Below, piece by piece: positions 7,195 through 16,860 of a stretch of 64,000 nt of DNA. The notes under the pieces were generated by a model. The model searched no databases, had not been told where the DNA came from, and saw only the letters and a list, made by a program, of their open reading frames with translations. The DNA is taken from NCBI GenBank assembly GCA_963764625.1, contig CAVXTH010000006.1, positions 32,001-96,000 of the forward strand, written 5' to 3'. The position numbers were made by a program, and so were the translations under genes. The first letter of the stretch is position 1, and each line of letters opens with the position of its first letter. This DNA comes from Candidatus Krumholzibacteriota bacterium (GTDB lineage Bacteria > Krumholzibacteriota > Krumholzibacteriia > JAJRXK01).

Positions 7195-10100
7195 ATGAAA
7201 CAGGCCCGGGGCCAATTCACTCGCTATCCCGAGACGCTGGGAGGGAACGACACTCCGGGCGCCGAGGAGGATGTGCGTCGCTTCTGGCGGGAGCGCGACG
7301 TCTTCGTGCGTAGCGAGCGAGGCAGGAGGGATCGCCCCGACTTCGTGTTCTACGAAGGTCCTCCGACCGCCAACGGCCGTCCCGGGGTGCACCACGTGAT
7401 CAGCCGTCTCATCAAGGACATCTTTTGCCGCTACAAGACCATGACGGGCCACCACGTGCTCCGCAAGGCGGGGTGGGACACGCACGGTCTGCCGGTGGAA
7501 ATCGAAGTGGAGCGGCAGCTGGGACTCAAGAACAAGGAAGCGGTCGAGGAATTCGGGATCGAGGAGTTCAACGCCCGTTGCCGCGAGTCGGTCTTCACCT
7601 ACAAACGCGAGTGGGACGAGTTCACCGCCGGTATCGGTTTCTGGCTCGACCTGGACAATCCCTACATCACTTACGAGAACGATTACATCGAATCGGTGTG
7701 GTGGTTGCTCAAGGCGATCTGGGACAAAGATCTGCTCTACCGCGGCTACAAAGTGGTTCCGTACTGCACCCGCTGCGAAACCGCGCTCTCGAGTCACGAA
7801 GTCGCGCAGGGGTATAAGGACGTCGACGACCCCTCCGTGACGGTTCGCATGAAAGTGAAGGGATTCGCGGATCGCTACTTCCTGGTGTGGACGACTACGC
7901 CCTGGACTTTGCCTGCTAACGTGGCGCTCGCGGTGGGTGAGGACATCGACTACGTGGCGGTGCGCCACCAGGACCAGACGCTCATTCTGGCCGGGGCGAG
8001 ACTGAGCGATCTCTTTGGCGATGAGACTCCCGAAATCGTGGAGCGGATGAAAGGGAAGGAGCTCCTCGGGCTCGAGTACGAACAGCTCATTCCCATTCTT
8101 TCGACCGACCGTCCGGCCTTCCGCGTGGTTTCCGCCGATTTCGTCAGCACCGAGGACGGCACCGGGATCGTTCACATGGCGCCTGCCTACGGCGAGGACG
8201 ACTACCGCATCGGCCAGCAGGAAGACCTGCCTACTCTGCACCCGGTCGGCAAAGACGGCCGCTTCACCGAGGAGCTGACTCCCTACGCGGGGATTTTCGT
8301 CAAGGACGCGGACAAGAGGATCATCGCCGATCTCAAGTCGGACGGACGTCTCTTTCAGCAGAAACAGATTCGCCACAGCTATCCGCACTGTTGGCGCTGT
8401 CACACTCCCTTGCTGTACTACGCTCGCGATTCCTGGTACATCCGCACCACCGCGGTGAAGGACGAGCTGATGGCCGCCAACGCGGCGGTCAATTGGGTCC
8501 CCACCGGGGTCGGGCGTGAACGCTTCGGAGATTGGCTCGAAAACAACGTCGACTGGGCGCTCTCCCGCGACCGCTTCTGGGGAACGCCGCTTCCGATCTG
8601 GGAGTGTGAGTGCGGCGAACGCGCGTGCATCGGTTCGAGGGAGGAGCTGCGCGCCGCCGGGGGCAAGGTGCCCGAAGATCTCCACCGGCCCTTCATCGAC
8701 CGCGTGATCTTCCCGTGTTCCAACTGCGGGAAAGAAATGAGGCGTACCCCGGAGGTCATTGACGTCTGGTTCGATTCCGGCGCGATGCCCTACGCGCAGT
8801 GGCACTATCCCTTCGAGAACCAGGAACAATTCAATCGACAATTCCCGGCCGACTTCATCTCCGAGGGAATGGATCAGACGCGCGGGTGGTTCTACAGCCT
8901 CTTGGCCATCGCGACCATGGTGAGCGGAAGGAGTTCCTACAAAAACGTGCTCACCATCGGACTGATTCTGGACAAGAACGGTCACAAGATGTCCAAGAGC
9001 CGCGGCAACGCGGTCGACCCGGCGGCGATTCTCAAGAAGGAAGGCGCCGACCCGTTGCGTTGGTACCTGGTCACCGTTTCCCCCGCGTACGCGCCGACTC
9101 GTTTCGATCTGGACGGAGTTCACGAGAGTCGCCGGAAAGTCCTGGGCACCCTGGAGAACGTCTTCGCCTTCTTCACGCTCTACGCGAACCTGGAACGCTA
9201 TCGGGCCAAGGCGGTGGAGGACCCGGCCGGTCTTTCCGAGCAACTCGACCGCTGGATCCTCAGCCGCTACCACGCGATCGTCGAAGAGGTGAGCGAGAGT
9301 CTCGAGACCTGGGACGCCACGCGCGCGGCGCGTTCGCTGGGAAATTTCATCGTCGACGAATTGAGCAACTGGTACGTGCGCAGGAGCCGCCGCCGTTTCT
9401 GGAAGGGCGAGATGGGTCCGGATAAGCAGGCAGCCTTCGATACCCTGTACACCGTACTGGAAGGGGTCTCGCGTCTTTTGGCGCCGTTTCTCCCCTTCAT
9501 GGCGGAGAGGCTCTATCGCGGTCTGCATCCCGAAGAAGAGAGTTCGCAGTTCGAGAGCGTCCATCTGGCGGCCTGGCCCTCGTCTTTTTCCTCCTCGCGT
9601 GCGCGGGAGCTCGAGGAGAGCATGGCCGCCGTGCTCCAGGTGGTGGGACTGGGTCGCAGTCTGCGCAGCGCGCACGAGCTGCGGGTGCGCCAACCGCTGC
9701 GCGAGGGCCTGGTCTTCGGGCGGAGTGCGGTCTTGCGCCGAGCGGTGGAAAAACACGAATATGCTGATCTGATCACCGACGAGTTGAATCTGAAGCGCAT
9801 TGCCTGGCTCGACGATCCCACCCGGGTGGCCAAGGTCACGGCCAAGGCCAACTTCCGCGAGCTGGGGGCGCGCTTTGGCAAGAAGACCCCGCTGATCGCC
9901 AAGCAGATCGCTGCTCTCACCCCCGAGGCCCTGGCCGGCCTGCGGGACCGAAAGGCCCTGTTCCTCACGGTTGAGGGCGAGGAAATCGAATTGCGTCCCG
10001 AGGAGGTCTTCATCCAGGAGGAGGGCCTGAAAGGCTATGTGACGGCCAGCGAGCGGGATTGCATGCTGGCCCTGAACATCCAGCTCGACGAGTCCCTGCG

Positions 10101-10362
10101 CCGGGAGGGCCTGGCACGAGAATTGGTAAACCGCATCCAGAATTTGCGTAAGGAAGCGGGACTCGCGGTTTCGGACCGGATCTCCTTATATGTGGGCGGC
10201 GAAGGAGAAGTGGAATCGGCTTTTTCCGACCACCGGCTCCATGTTTGCGAGGAGACCTTGGCCAGCGAAGTGGCGGAGACGGTGCCCGAGGGCGCCGCGA
10301 GTGACAGTTTCGAAATCGACGGTCATCGGGCCGTCATAGCTTTGATCCGGGCCGAATCTTGA
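7195..10362 (+). CDS. ileS: Isoleucine--tRNA ligase, type 2
   Basis: EGPPTANGRPGVHH, GWDTHGLP, WTTTPWTL, KMSKS; C-terminal EGLARELVNRIQNLRK typical of IleRS2. Confidence 0.97.
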   Translation: MKQARGQFTRYPETLGGNDTPGAEEDVRRFWRERDVFVRSERGRRDRPDFVFYEGPPTANGRPGVHHVISRLIKDIFCRYKTMTGHHVLRKAGWDTHGLPVEIEVERQLGLKNKEAVEEFGIEEFNARCRESVFTYKREWDEFTAGIGFWLDLDNPYITYENDYIESVWWLLKAIWDKDLLYRGYKVVPYCTRCETALSSHEVAQGYKDVDDPSVTVRMKVKGFADRYFLVWTTTPWTLPANVALAVGEDIDYVAVRHQDQTLILAGARLSDLFGDETPEIVERMKGKELLGLEYEQLIPILSTDRPAFRVVSADFVSTEDGTGIVHMAPAYGEDDYRIGQQEDLPTLHPVGKDGRFTEELTPYAGIFVKDADKRIIADLKSDGRLFQQKQIRHSYPHCWRCHTPLLYYARDSWYIRTTAVKDELMAANAAVNWVPTGVGRERFGDWLENNVDWALSRDRFWGTPLPIWECECGERACIGSREELRAAGGKVPEDLHRPFIDRVIFPCSNCGKEMRRTPEVIDVWFDSGAMPYAQWHYPFENQEQFNRQFPADFISEGMDQTRGWFYSLLAIATMVSGRSSYKNVLTIGLILDKNGHKMSKSRGNAVDPAAILKKEGADPLRWYLVTVSPAYAPTRFDLDGVHESRRKVLGTLENVFAFFTLYANLERYRAKAVEDPAGLSEQLDRWILSRYHAIVEEVSESLETWDATRAARSLGNFIVDELSNWYVRRSRRRFWKGEMGPDKQAAFDTLYTVLEGVSRLLAPFLPFMAERLYRGLHPEEESSQFESVHLAAWPSSFSSSRARELEESMAAVLQVVGLGRSLRSAHELRVRQPLREGLVFGRSAVLRRAVEKHEYADLITDELNLKRIAWLDDPTRVAKVTAKANFRELGARFGKKTPLIAKQIAALTPEALAGLRDRKALFLTVEGEEIELRPEEVFIQEEGLKGYVTASERDCMLALNIQLDESLRREGLARELVNRIQNLRKEAGLAVSDRISLYVGGEGEVESAFSDHRLHVCEETLASEVAETVPEGAASDSFEIDGHRAVIALIRAES

Positions 10363-10396
10363 GGCCCGCCATCCGGGAACGGCTTTAAGGAGAACC

Positions 10397-10762
10397 ATGC
10401 GCACGCGAGATCTGGAGAAGTACCGCGGCCTCCTCCTCGAGGAGCGGGAACGTATTCTCGAGAGCATCAAGGAGCACGATACCCAGGTTCGTCAGTACGA
10501 TGAGATCGAGGGTCGAGTACACAGCAACCACATGGCCGATCAGGGAACCGACGAGTTCCGGCACGAACAGGCCATTCGCCTGTTGCAGAGCGAGAATCGC
10601 TATCTCTACCGTATCGAAGATGCGATCCAGCGCATCGAGGATGGCACTTACGGCAAGTGCGAACTCTGCGGCACGGTCATTGGCGCCAAACGTCTGACCG
10701 CTCTGCCTTACACTCGTTTCTGCATCGACTGCGCGGAAAAGGAAGACGCCAAACGCGGATGA
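10397..10762 (+). CDS. TraR/DksA C4-type zinc finger protein
   Basis: GTYGKCELCG..RL.ALPYTRFCIDC. Confidence 0.9.
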   Translation: MRTRDLEKYRGLLLEERERILESIKEHDTQVRQYDEIEGRVHSNHMADQGTDEFRHEQAIRLLQSENRYLYRIEDAIQRIEDGTYGKCELCGTVIGAKRLTALPYTRFCIDCAEKEDAKRG

Positions 10763-11250
10763 TCCGCATGCGCTCCACCAGCAGCTACGGGCTTGCCGCC
10801 GGGCTGCTCGTGCTCGACTTTTGCGCCAAGAGGTTCGTGCTGGCGCACCAAGAGACGTTTCGCGCCGGCATTCCGCTGATCGACGGCATTCTGCGCTTCA
10901 CCTACGTGCGCAACGCGGGCGCTGCCTTCGGAATTCTGCAAGGCGGCCGCTGGCCTTTCGTCGTGGTGTCGATCGCCGCGATCGTGGCCCTCGTCTTGGT
11001 GTTGCGGCGAGGAAGCCGTTCGCGACTGCGCGGAGTTTCCTACGCGCTCATTCTTGGAGGCGCCGCGGGCAATCTCGTCGACCGGCTGTTCTATGCCGGA
11101 AGAGTGGTCGACTTCATCGAAATGAGCTGGCGGGGCCATGTCTTCCCCGTCTACAACTTCGCTGACATGGGAGTCAGTATCGGAGCCGTTCTTCTCATCC
11201 TCGCGTTGCTTTCGGGCGAGGATGAGGAGGCCAACACTCATGACGGATGA
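10759..11250 (+). CDS. lspA: Lipoprotein signal peptidase II
   Basis: NAGAAFG, GAAGNLVDR, VVDFI, YNFADM. Confidence 0.95.
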   Translation: MIRMRSTSSYGLAAGLLVLDFCAKRFVLAHQETFRAGIPLIDGILRFTYVRNAGAAFGILQGGRWPFVVVSIAAIVALVLVLRRGSRSRLRGVSYALILGGAAGNLVDRLFYAGRVVDFIEMSWRGHVFPVYNFADMGVSIGAVLLILALLSGEDEEANTHDG

Positions 11251-12209
11251 ATCCGCGAAACGACGAGCCGTCGTCGGCGAGGAAGCCGAGGGAGAACGGC
11301 TCGATCTCTGGCTCGCCCGCAGTGACGGAGAGCTCTCACGCTCCCGCGCTCAGAAACTCATCGCGGCCGGCTTGGTGCGGGTGAAGGGAGAATTGAGACC
11401 TTCCCGCCACCGCCTCTCACTCGGGGATGTCGTGGAGTGGGAGGTGCCGCCGCCAGCCCCCACCATCATGGAAGCCGAAGCGCAGGTCGCGTTCCGGATC
11501 GTTCACGAAGACGAGGATCTCGCGGTGATCGACAAGCCGGCCGGGCTAGTCGTACACCCGGCGCCGGGCCACCCCGCGGGAACCCTGGTGCATGGGCTTC
11601 TGGCGCAGCTGGAGGGTCTGAGCGCGGTGGGTGGGGTGCAGCGCCCCGGGATCGTCCACCGGCTCGACAAGGATACTTCCGGACTCATGGTGGTGGCCAA
11701 GAACGATCGCTGCCATCAAGCGCTCCAGGCTCAGCTCAAGGACCACAGCCTACGAAGAATCTACCGGGCGATCTGTTGGGGAGTTCCTTCGCCTTTGGAG
11801 GGAACCATCGAGGCGCCGCTGGGGCGTCACCCGCGGGACCGCAAGCGGCAGGCGGTGGTCCGCGGCGGGCGATCCTGCTCTTACCCACTACAGGGTGGAG
11901 GAGGAGCTGCGCGGCGCCGCCTTACTACGTCTGCGGCTGGAGACGGGAAGGACCCACCAGATCCGCGTCCATCTCGCGCACCAGGGTCACCCCGTATTGG
12001 CGGACGAGCTCTACGGCGGGGGCGCTCGAAGGCTCAAGGGCGCGCAACCCTCCCGGCGGAGCGCGCTGCAGGCGGCGCTCGCCGCTGTAGGGCGCCAGGC
12101 TCTTCACGCCTCCGAGCTGATCTTCGTCCATCCGGGAAGTGGAGAGTCGGTTCGCTACGATTCTCCATTGCCGGACGGATTCCTGGCCGCGCTGAACTGT
12201 CTCCGCTAG
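11240..12209 (+). CDS. rluD: RluD/RluA family 23S rRNA pseudouridine synthase (frameshift near 11872)
   Basis: S4 domain and HRLDKDTSG in one frame; ALTHY..LETGRTHQIRVH..RQALHA in the next frame; one extra base. Confidence 0.88.
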
Positions 12210-12389
12210 GCGCGAGGGCTCCCCGGGCGCCCCTCGCGGCACCAGCCGTGGGGCTGGACAGTGTCTGCCGCACCCGCTACGCTCCTCGTCCGCCCCTCGG
12301 CCCACGGGCCGGGGTCGAGCTGAACTGAAAGTTTTGTACCGCTCCCGGGGGATCCGGGCATTCAGAGTGAGCGGAAAGGACGTAGGTCG

Positions 12390-12734
12390 ATGAAGATCAA
12401 GGAGCGCGAACGTGACGGTGTGATGGTTCTCGAGGTCAGTGGGAAGATCATGGGGGGACCGGATTCGGAGCTCTTCTCCACGACGCTGAAGTCTCTGGTT
12501 CACGAGGAGAAGCTCAGGGTGCTCGTGGACCTGGGGAGCGTCACCTGGGTGAATTCCACCGGGCTTGGCATCCTGATTTCGGGCTATTCCACTCTGAAAC
12601 GTAACAACGGTGAGATGAAACTGGTCAACGTTTCCGACCGTATCGACAGTATCTTCATGGTGACCAAGCTGTACTCGGTCTTCGATTCGTTCAAGACCGA
12701 GGACGAAGCCATCGCCAGTTTCGCGGTCGAGTAG
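12390..12734 (+). CDS. STAS domain anti-anti-sigma factor
   Basis: DLGSVTWVNSTGLG motif, 114 aa. Confidence 0.9.
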   Translation: MKIKERERDGVMVLEVSGKIMGGPDSELFSTTLKSLVHEEKLRVLVDLGSVTWVNSTGLGILISGYSTLKRNNGEMKLVNVSDRIDSIFMVTKLYSVFDSFKTEDEAIASFAVE

Positions 12735-12774
12735 AAGCCATCGTATCCCGGTCCCCCTGCTGAAGAAGAGACGC

Positions 12775-13203
12775 GTGAAGATCGAACTGACGATTCCAAG
12801 CTCCCATATGATGTTGGGGATTCCCGACGCGGTGATCCAAGAACTTGGTTCCGAGCTGTCCTTCTCGCAATCAGAGTTGGATGAGCTTTCCACCTCGGTG
12901 ATCGAGGGATGCACCAACGCACTCGAACACGGCAATCACATGAAGAGCGAAAAACCGGTTCGCCTCAGCATCGACTTCGAGCGCACGCGAATCGAGGTGA
13001 CGATCTTCGACAACGGTCCCGGCTTCGACTTCGAGACCATCGACTTCTCCAAAGAACCAGCCGACTTGATGCAGGAGAGGGGCCGCGGGATCTACATCAT
13101 GTTCACCTACTGCGACGAGTTGAGCTTCTTCCGCAGCGATGGAACGTTCGCGGTCAAAATGGTCAAGAAGGCCAAGGAGACCTCCGTCGAGAACGGGAAT
13201 TGA
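12775..13203 (+). CDS. Anti-sigma regulatory Ser/Thr kinase, RsbW-like
   Basis: EGCTNALEHG, DNGPGFD, ERGRGIYIM HATPase motifs; adjacent to STAS gene. Confidence 0.88.
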   Translation: MKIELTIPSSHMMLGIPDAVIQELGSELSFSQSELDELSTSVIEGCTNALEHGNHMKSEKPVRLSIDFERTRIEVTIFDNGPGFDFETIDFSKEPADLMQERGRGIYIMFTYCDELSFFRSDGTFAVKMVKKAKETSVENGN

Positions 13204-13222
13204 GGCCTGCCCGGAGGATGGC

Positions 13223-13666
13223 ATGGCAGTGATCCTGGCTCTCGATCCCGGACTTAGACGAACCGGCCTTGCGCTGTGTGATCCCACCGGCACGCTCGCC
13301 CGCCCCCTGATGACTCACGATCGTCGAAGCGATGGTTCGTTGCTGGAACTGGTGGCATCTCTGTGCGAGGAACATGCGGTCGAAAGGATCTTGGTCGGGC
13401 TGCCGTTGACCCAGATGAACGAAGAGGGATCGACGGCGAGCGCGGCCAGGGTCTTGGCGGAGAAGCTGAGGACTCGCCTGCGGCTTCCCGTCTAGCTCGT
13501 GGATGAGCGGTACAGCAGCCGCGAGGCCGACCGGGTGCTGGCCGGGAAGAAAGCGGCCAAGGGGCGGCGCGACGCAGTGGCGGCGGCTCTCATTCTACAG
13601 ACCTGGCTGGACGGTCCGGGTTGCGGGGACTCGAACTCTCCACCGAGCGAGCCCGATCCATGCTGA
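13223..13666 (+). CDS. yqgF: YqgF/RuvX pre-16S rRNA nuclease (in-frame TAG at 13493)
   Basis: LALDPGLRRTGLA, VGLP; after the TAG the same frame continues LVDERYSS..RDAVAAALILQTWLD to TGA 13664. Confidence 0.85.
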
Positions 13667-14703
13667 GATCACGCGGCCAGATTCTTCTCCTCTGCGTTCT
13701 CTTTTTCCTCCTGCTCTGTATCGCCGTGATCCACGTGTCTCTCTACCGCGGGCGCACTTCACCTGAGCTCGGCACGCGAAGAGTCGAGATCCCCCAGGGC
13801 ACCAGCGTGCGCGGCGCCGCCACGCGACTCGCCGAGGCGGGACTACTCGATGCGCCGTGGAAGCTACGTGCAGTCTACTTGCTGCAGGGAGAGGAGCGCA
13901 CCATCAAGGCCGGAACCTACGAGATTCGTCCGGGGCATAGCGCGGCGGCCCTGCTGTCGATCCTTCAGTCCGGACGCGTGGCTACGGTCGAGCTCACCAT
14001 CCCCGAAGGGTGGACGATTGGCAGCACCTGTCAGAACCTCGCGCAGAGCCTCGCTCTGAGCCAGGATAGCTTGCTCGCTCTCTGCAAGACTCCGACCCGG
14101 GCGTGGCGTGAGGAGTTGGGGTTGCCCGAAGGGGCGAGTCTGGAAGGTTATCTCTATCCAGAGACCTATCGCTTCGAGGTGGGGGTGAGCGCATCGGAGG
14201 TCATCGGGACCCTCGTGCGGACTTTTCTTCGGACCTTCGACGAAGCTCTCCGTGCCGCGGCGGACAGCATGGGATTGAGCCTCCATCAGGTCGTGACTCT
14301 CGCCTCCATCGTGGAGGCGGAAACGAGCGTGCCCGAAGAACGGGCCAAGGTGGCGGCGGTGTACCTCAATCGACTGGCGAAACACTGGAAGCTCGAGGCC
14401 GATCCTACCGTCGCCTACGCGACGGGAATTCCCGGAGAGAAGCTCAGTACCGGGGACCTCAGGTTCGATTCGCCGTACAATACCTATCGCTATGCCGGAC
14501 TTCCTCCCGGGCCCATCAACAGTCCTGGCCGGGCGGCTCTGGAGGCGACGGTGCACCCCGAGAGGAACTTTCCGGCCATGTACTTCGTGGCGGATGGAAA
14601 GGGTGGGCACGTGTTCAGCCGCACTTGGGCCGAACATCGAGAGGCGGTTCGCGCCTACCGGTCCGCGCGACGCGCGGACCAGGGTCCACTGATTCAGGGG
14701 TGA
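13660..14703 (+). CDS. mltG: Endolytic transglycosylase MltG
   Basis: LEGYLYPETY, LASIVEAE, SPYNTY..GLPPGPI motifs; N-terminal TM. Confidence 0.95.
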   Translation: MLRSRGQILLLCVLFFLLLCIAVIHVSLYRGRTSPELGTRRVEIPQGTSVRGAATRLAEAGLLDAPWKLRAVYLLQGEERTIKAGTYEIRPGHSAAALLSILQSGRVATVELTIPEGWTIGSTCQNLAQSLALSQDSLLALCKTPTRAWREELGLPEGASLEGYLYPETYRFEVGVSASEVIGTLVRTFLRTFDEALRAAADSMGLSLHQVVTLASIVEAETSVPEERAKVAAVYLNRLAKHWKLEADPTVAYATGIPGEKLSTGDLRFDSPYNTYRYAGLPPGPINSPGRAALEATVHPERNFPAMYFVADGKGGHVFSRTWAEHREAVRAYRSARRADQGPLIQG

Positions 14704-14705
14704 GC

Positions 14706-14734
14706 TTGACGGCCGGCCCCGCTTTCTCTAGCGT
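14706..14734 (+). promoter_or_regulatory. Putative sigma70 promoter
   Basis: TTGACG-N17-TAGCGT upstream of small ORF and tRNA-Val. Confidence 0.5.
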
Positions 14735-14762
14735 GACGGCCTCACCAGGAGGGAACTCGGCG

Positions 14763-14939
14763 ATGAATTGGAAGCGAGATCACTGGCTCATTCTGGGCCT
14801 CGTTTCGATCATGGCGGGCTTCACGCTTCTGGGGTTCTTCCAGAGTATGACGCTCTCCTCCATTCTCCTGGTGGGTGGATACTGTGTGCTCGTACCGGCC
14901 TATTTGTGGACGCGCTACCGGGGAGACGTGGGCGAATAG
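14763..14939 (+). CDS. Small two-TM membrane protein; stop codon lies inside tRNA-Val
   Basis: GGAGG RBS; MNWKRDHWLILG..LLVGGYCVLVP; 58 aa, two hydrophobic segments. Confidence 0.7.
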   Translation: MNWKRDHWLILGLVSIMAGFTLLGFFQSMTLSSILLVGGYCVLVPAYLWTRYRGDVGE

Positions 14940-15006
14940 CTCAGCTGGTTAGAGCACCTGCCTTACAAGCAGGGGGTCACAGGTTCGAATCCTGTTTCGC
15001 CCACCA
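14930..15006 (+). tRNA. tRNA-Val(TAC)
   Basis: Cloverleaf GGGCGAA/TTCGCCC-ACCA, anticodon loop CT-TAC-AA, GGTTCGAATCC. Confidence 0.97.
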
Positions 15007-15215
15007 TCTCATCCCTTCACCTTGCGGCTGCGCCCTGCGACTCGAGCACTCGAGCATGCACCTGCCCCCCGCCAGATCAGGGCAAGGTAACTCGCGAAGA
15101 GCGCCAAAATCCCGGCCGGCGTTTGTCCGTCAGAGACTCTCACCGGCGCCCCGAGAACTCTCCTAAGTTTAACGAAACCTACATGTTAGTTGACTGGTTG
15201 GCCGCATTTACGTGG

Positions 15216-15245
15216 TTGACAATCGGCCAAAAGCCGTGATAAACT
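15216..15245 (+). promoter_or_regulatory. Near-consensus sigma70 promoter of the secreted-protein cluster
   Basis: TTGACA-N18-TAAACT with TG extended -10. Confidence 0.65.
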
Positions 15246-15366
15246 GGCTGCGTCGAGTATTGGATCGAAAGAGTGGAAGGAGGCTCGAGAGCAGGGAAAA
15301 CGCAATTGTCCAAGCAGCCGGCCAATTCTACCGGTTGCAGATAGAACCGTTTAGGAGGTGTCCTAG

Positions 15367-15977
15367 ATGTTCAACAAGAGGCTATTCAGTCTCGTACTTA
15401 CTGCGGGCCTGATCTTAGGTCTCGCTGGCCTGGCAATGGCCGGTGTTCCCGATCCGGGAGCTAGCACTGTCTACACCAGTGGTGGGGAAGCAACTCTCAC
15501 TCCGGGTGGTCTGGCCCAGAGTCTCGCGATCTACGGCGTGTCTGTCACAGTCACGGTTCGCGATGGCAATGGTCTGGCGATTCCGCGTTTCCGGCCCAGG
15601 ATATCTGGCTGGATGACATTGGTGATGCCAACATCAATCTGTGCCAGTCCGGTAGCACGGCCGACGCGCAGACCAATGGTGATGGATTTACCACGATCTC
15701 CGGCGTCATGGCCGGTGGTGGTTGGACGCAGTCCGGTCTGTCCGTCTACGTCAGCGGCGTTGCCGTCACTGGCGGAATGGGCCCCAGTCTTAGCATCGAC
15801 CTCAACAGCCCGGATATCACCGGCGACCGGATCGTGGACTTGGGCGACATCAGTATTTTCCAGTCTGATGTTCTTCCGCCAAGTAACGCATTCCGATCCG
15901 ACTACACCCATGACGGGATTGTCGACCTCGGTGACATCAGTCTTTTCTCGTCTTGGATCGGTGACTCGTGTCCCTGA
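15367..15977 (+). CDS. Secreted protein with C-terminal dockerin-like duplicated Ca-binding loops (frameshift near 15586)
   Basis: AGGAGG RBS, signal peptide; after frameshift FPAQDIWL..SPDITGDRIVDLGDISIF..RSDYTHDGIVDLGDISLF..GDSCP*. Confidence 0.75.
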
Positions 15978-16083
15978 GTAGGGCGTAGGAGGTTTGGGTG
16001 CGGCTTTCGCACTCGTTTTCGAGCAAGCGTGCGCCAGTGTTCGAACAACAACCATTGGCTCACCTCTCTAAAGGAGATGGCTC

Positions 16084-16650
16084 ATGCTTAAGAAGGCAAT
16101 GTTTCTCACCCTCGCCTTGCTCGTGGGCGTCGTCGCGGGTGCTTCGGCACAACAATGCGCGATCGGCGTCTACGCGGATTCGCTGGGGACCCAGTCGGCC
16201 ATTGCGCCGGTACGCGATCAGGGCAACCCTAACACGTTCATCGATGTGTACTACGTACTTAGAGTCGAGGACCTGGTGTTGGGTGCTGCATGGTATCGCG
16301 AAGTCACGGGCTTCAATGCCTCGACTTATGCGATCGACTGGGAGTCTTACGGTACCTTCCTCGATAATAAGCCGGAAGGCTGGCGTATCGGCTTGGGTAC
16401 CTGTCAACTGGGGTTCGGTGGCGCTTCCATCACCCTGCTGAAGGAGACTCTGTTCTTGGTGGATGACTACTCGGGCGGTACCGGGTCCATCCAGGTCATC
16501 CCGAATACGTTGCAGAACGCCACGGGCACGGCTTACTCAGATTGTCTGGGTCAAGTGAAGCCGTGTGGCGTGGGTTCTTCTTTGACGATCGAGAGCGTCA
16601 TTCCCGCTCCGGGCAAGAGCTTCGGTGCGGTAAAGGCTCTCTTCGAGTAG
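16084..16650 (+). CDS. Secreted beta-rich (possibly cohesin-like) protein with C-terminal SFGAVKALFE tail
   Basis: AAGGAG RBS, signal peptide ending ASA-Q, IGVYAD start, paired cysteines, shared tail motif. Confidence 0.8.
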   Translation: MLKKAMFLTLALLVGVVAGASAQQCAIGVYADSLGTQSAIAPVRDQGNPNTFIDVYYVLRVEDLVLGAAWYREVTGFNASTYAIDWESYGTFLDNKPEGWRIGLGTCQLGFGGASITLLKETLFLVDDYSGGTGSIQVIPNTLQNATGTAYSDCLGQVKPCGVGSSLTIESVIPAPGKSFGAVKALFE

Positions 16651-16860
16651 CTTAGCTTGTAGCCCTCTGGGCTATTTGCTATCGCGATCGCAACGGGTGG
16701 GTGGCGGAACGTCCATAGATGGCCTAACGCCATCCGCCGAAAACCCCGCTGGAGATTTGCCCGATCAGGGGCACTTTGAAAGCGCAACAAAGGCACCTGT
16801 GGGTAGAGGTCGTTCGTGGCTCCCCACCGCCTTATTGTCATGACAACGGAGGACTTCTTC

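Noticed and set aside
6913-9756. Long antisense ORFs (also 35970-37865, 59389-61479, 20307-21905, 26302-27891)
   Set aside because: Shadow frames of well-supported genes in high-GC DNA; no motifs
15164-15188. TAA-N19-TTA recombinase/dif-like site
   Set aside because: Weak symmetry, poor match to dif, no recombinase nearby
16651-16860. Riboswitch in the leader of the 16861 gene
   Set aside because: A hairpin exists (about 16696-16738) but no recognisable aptamer consensus
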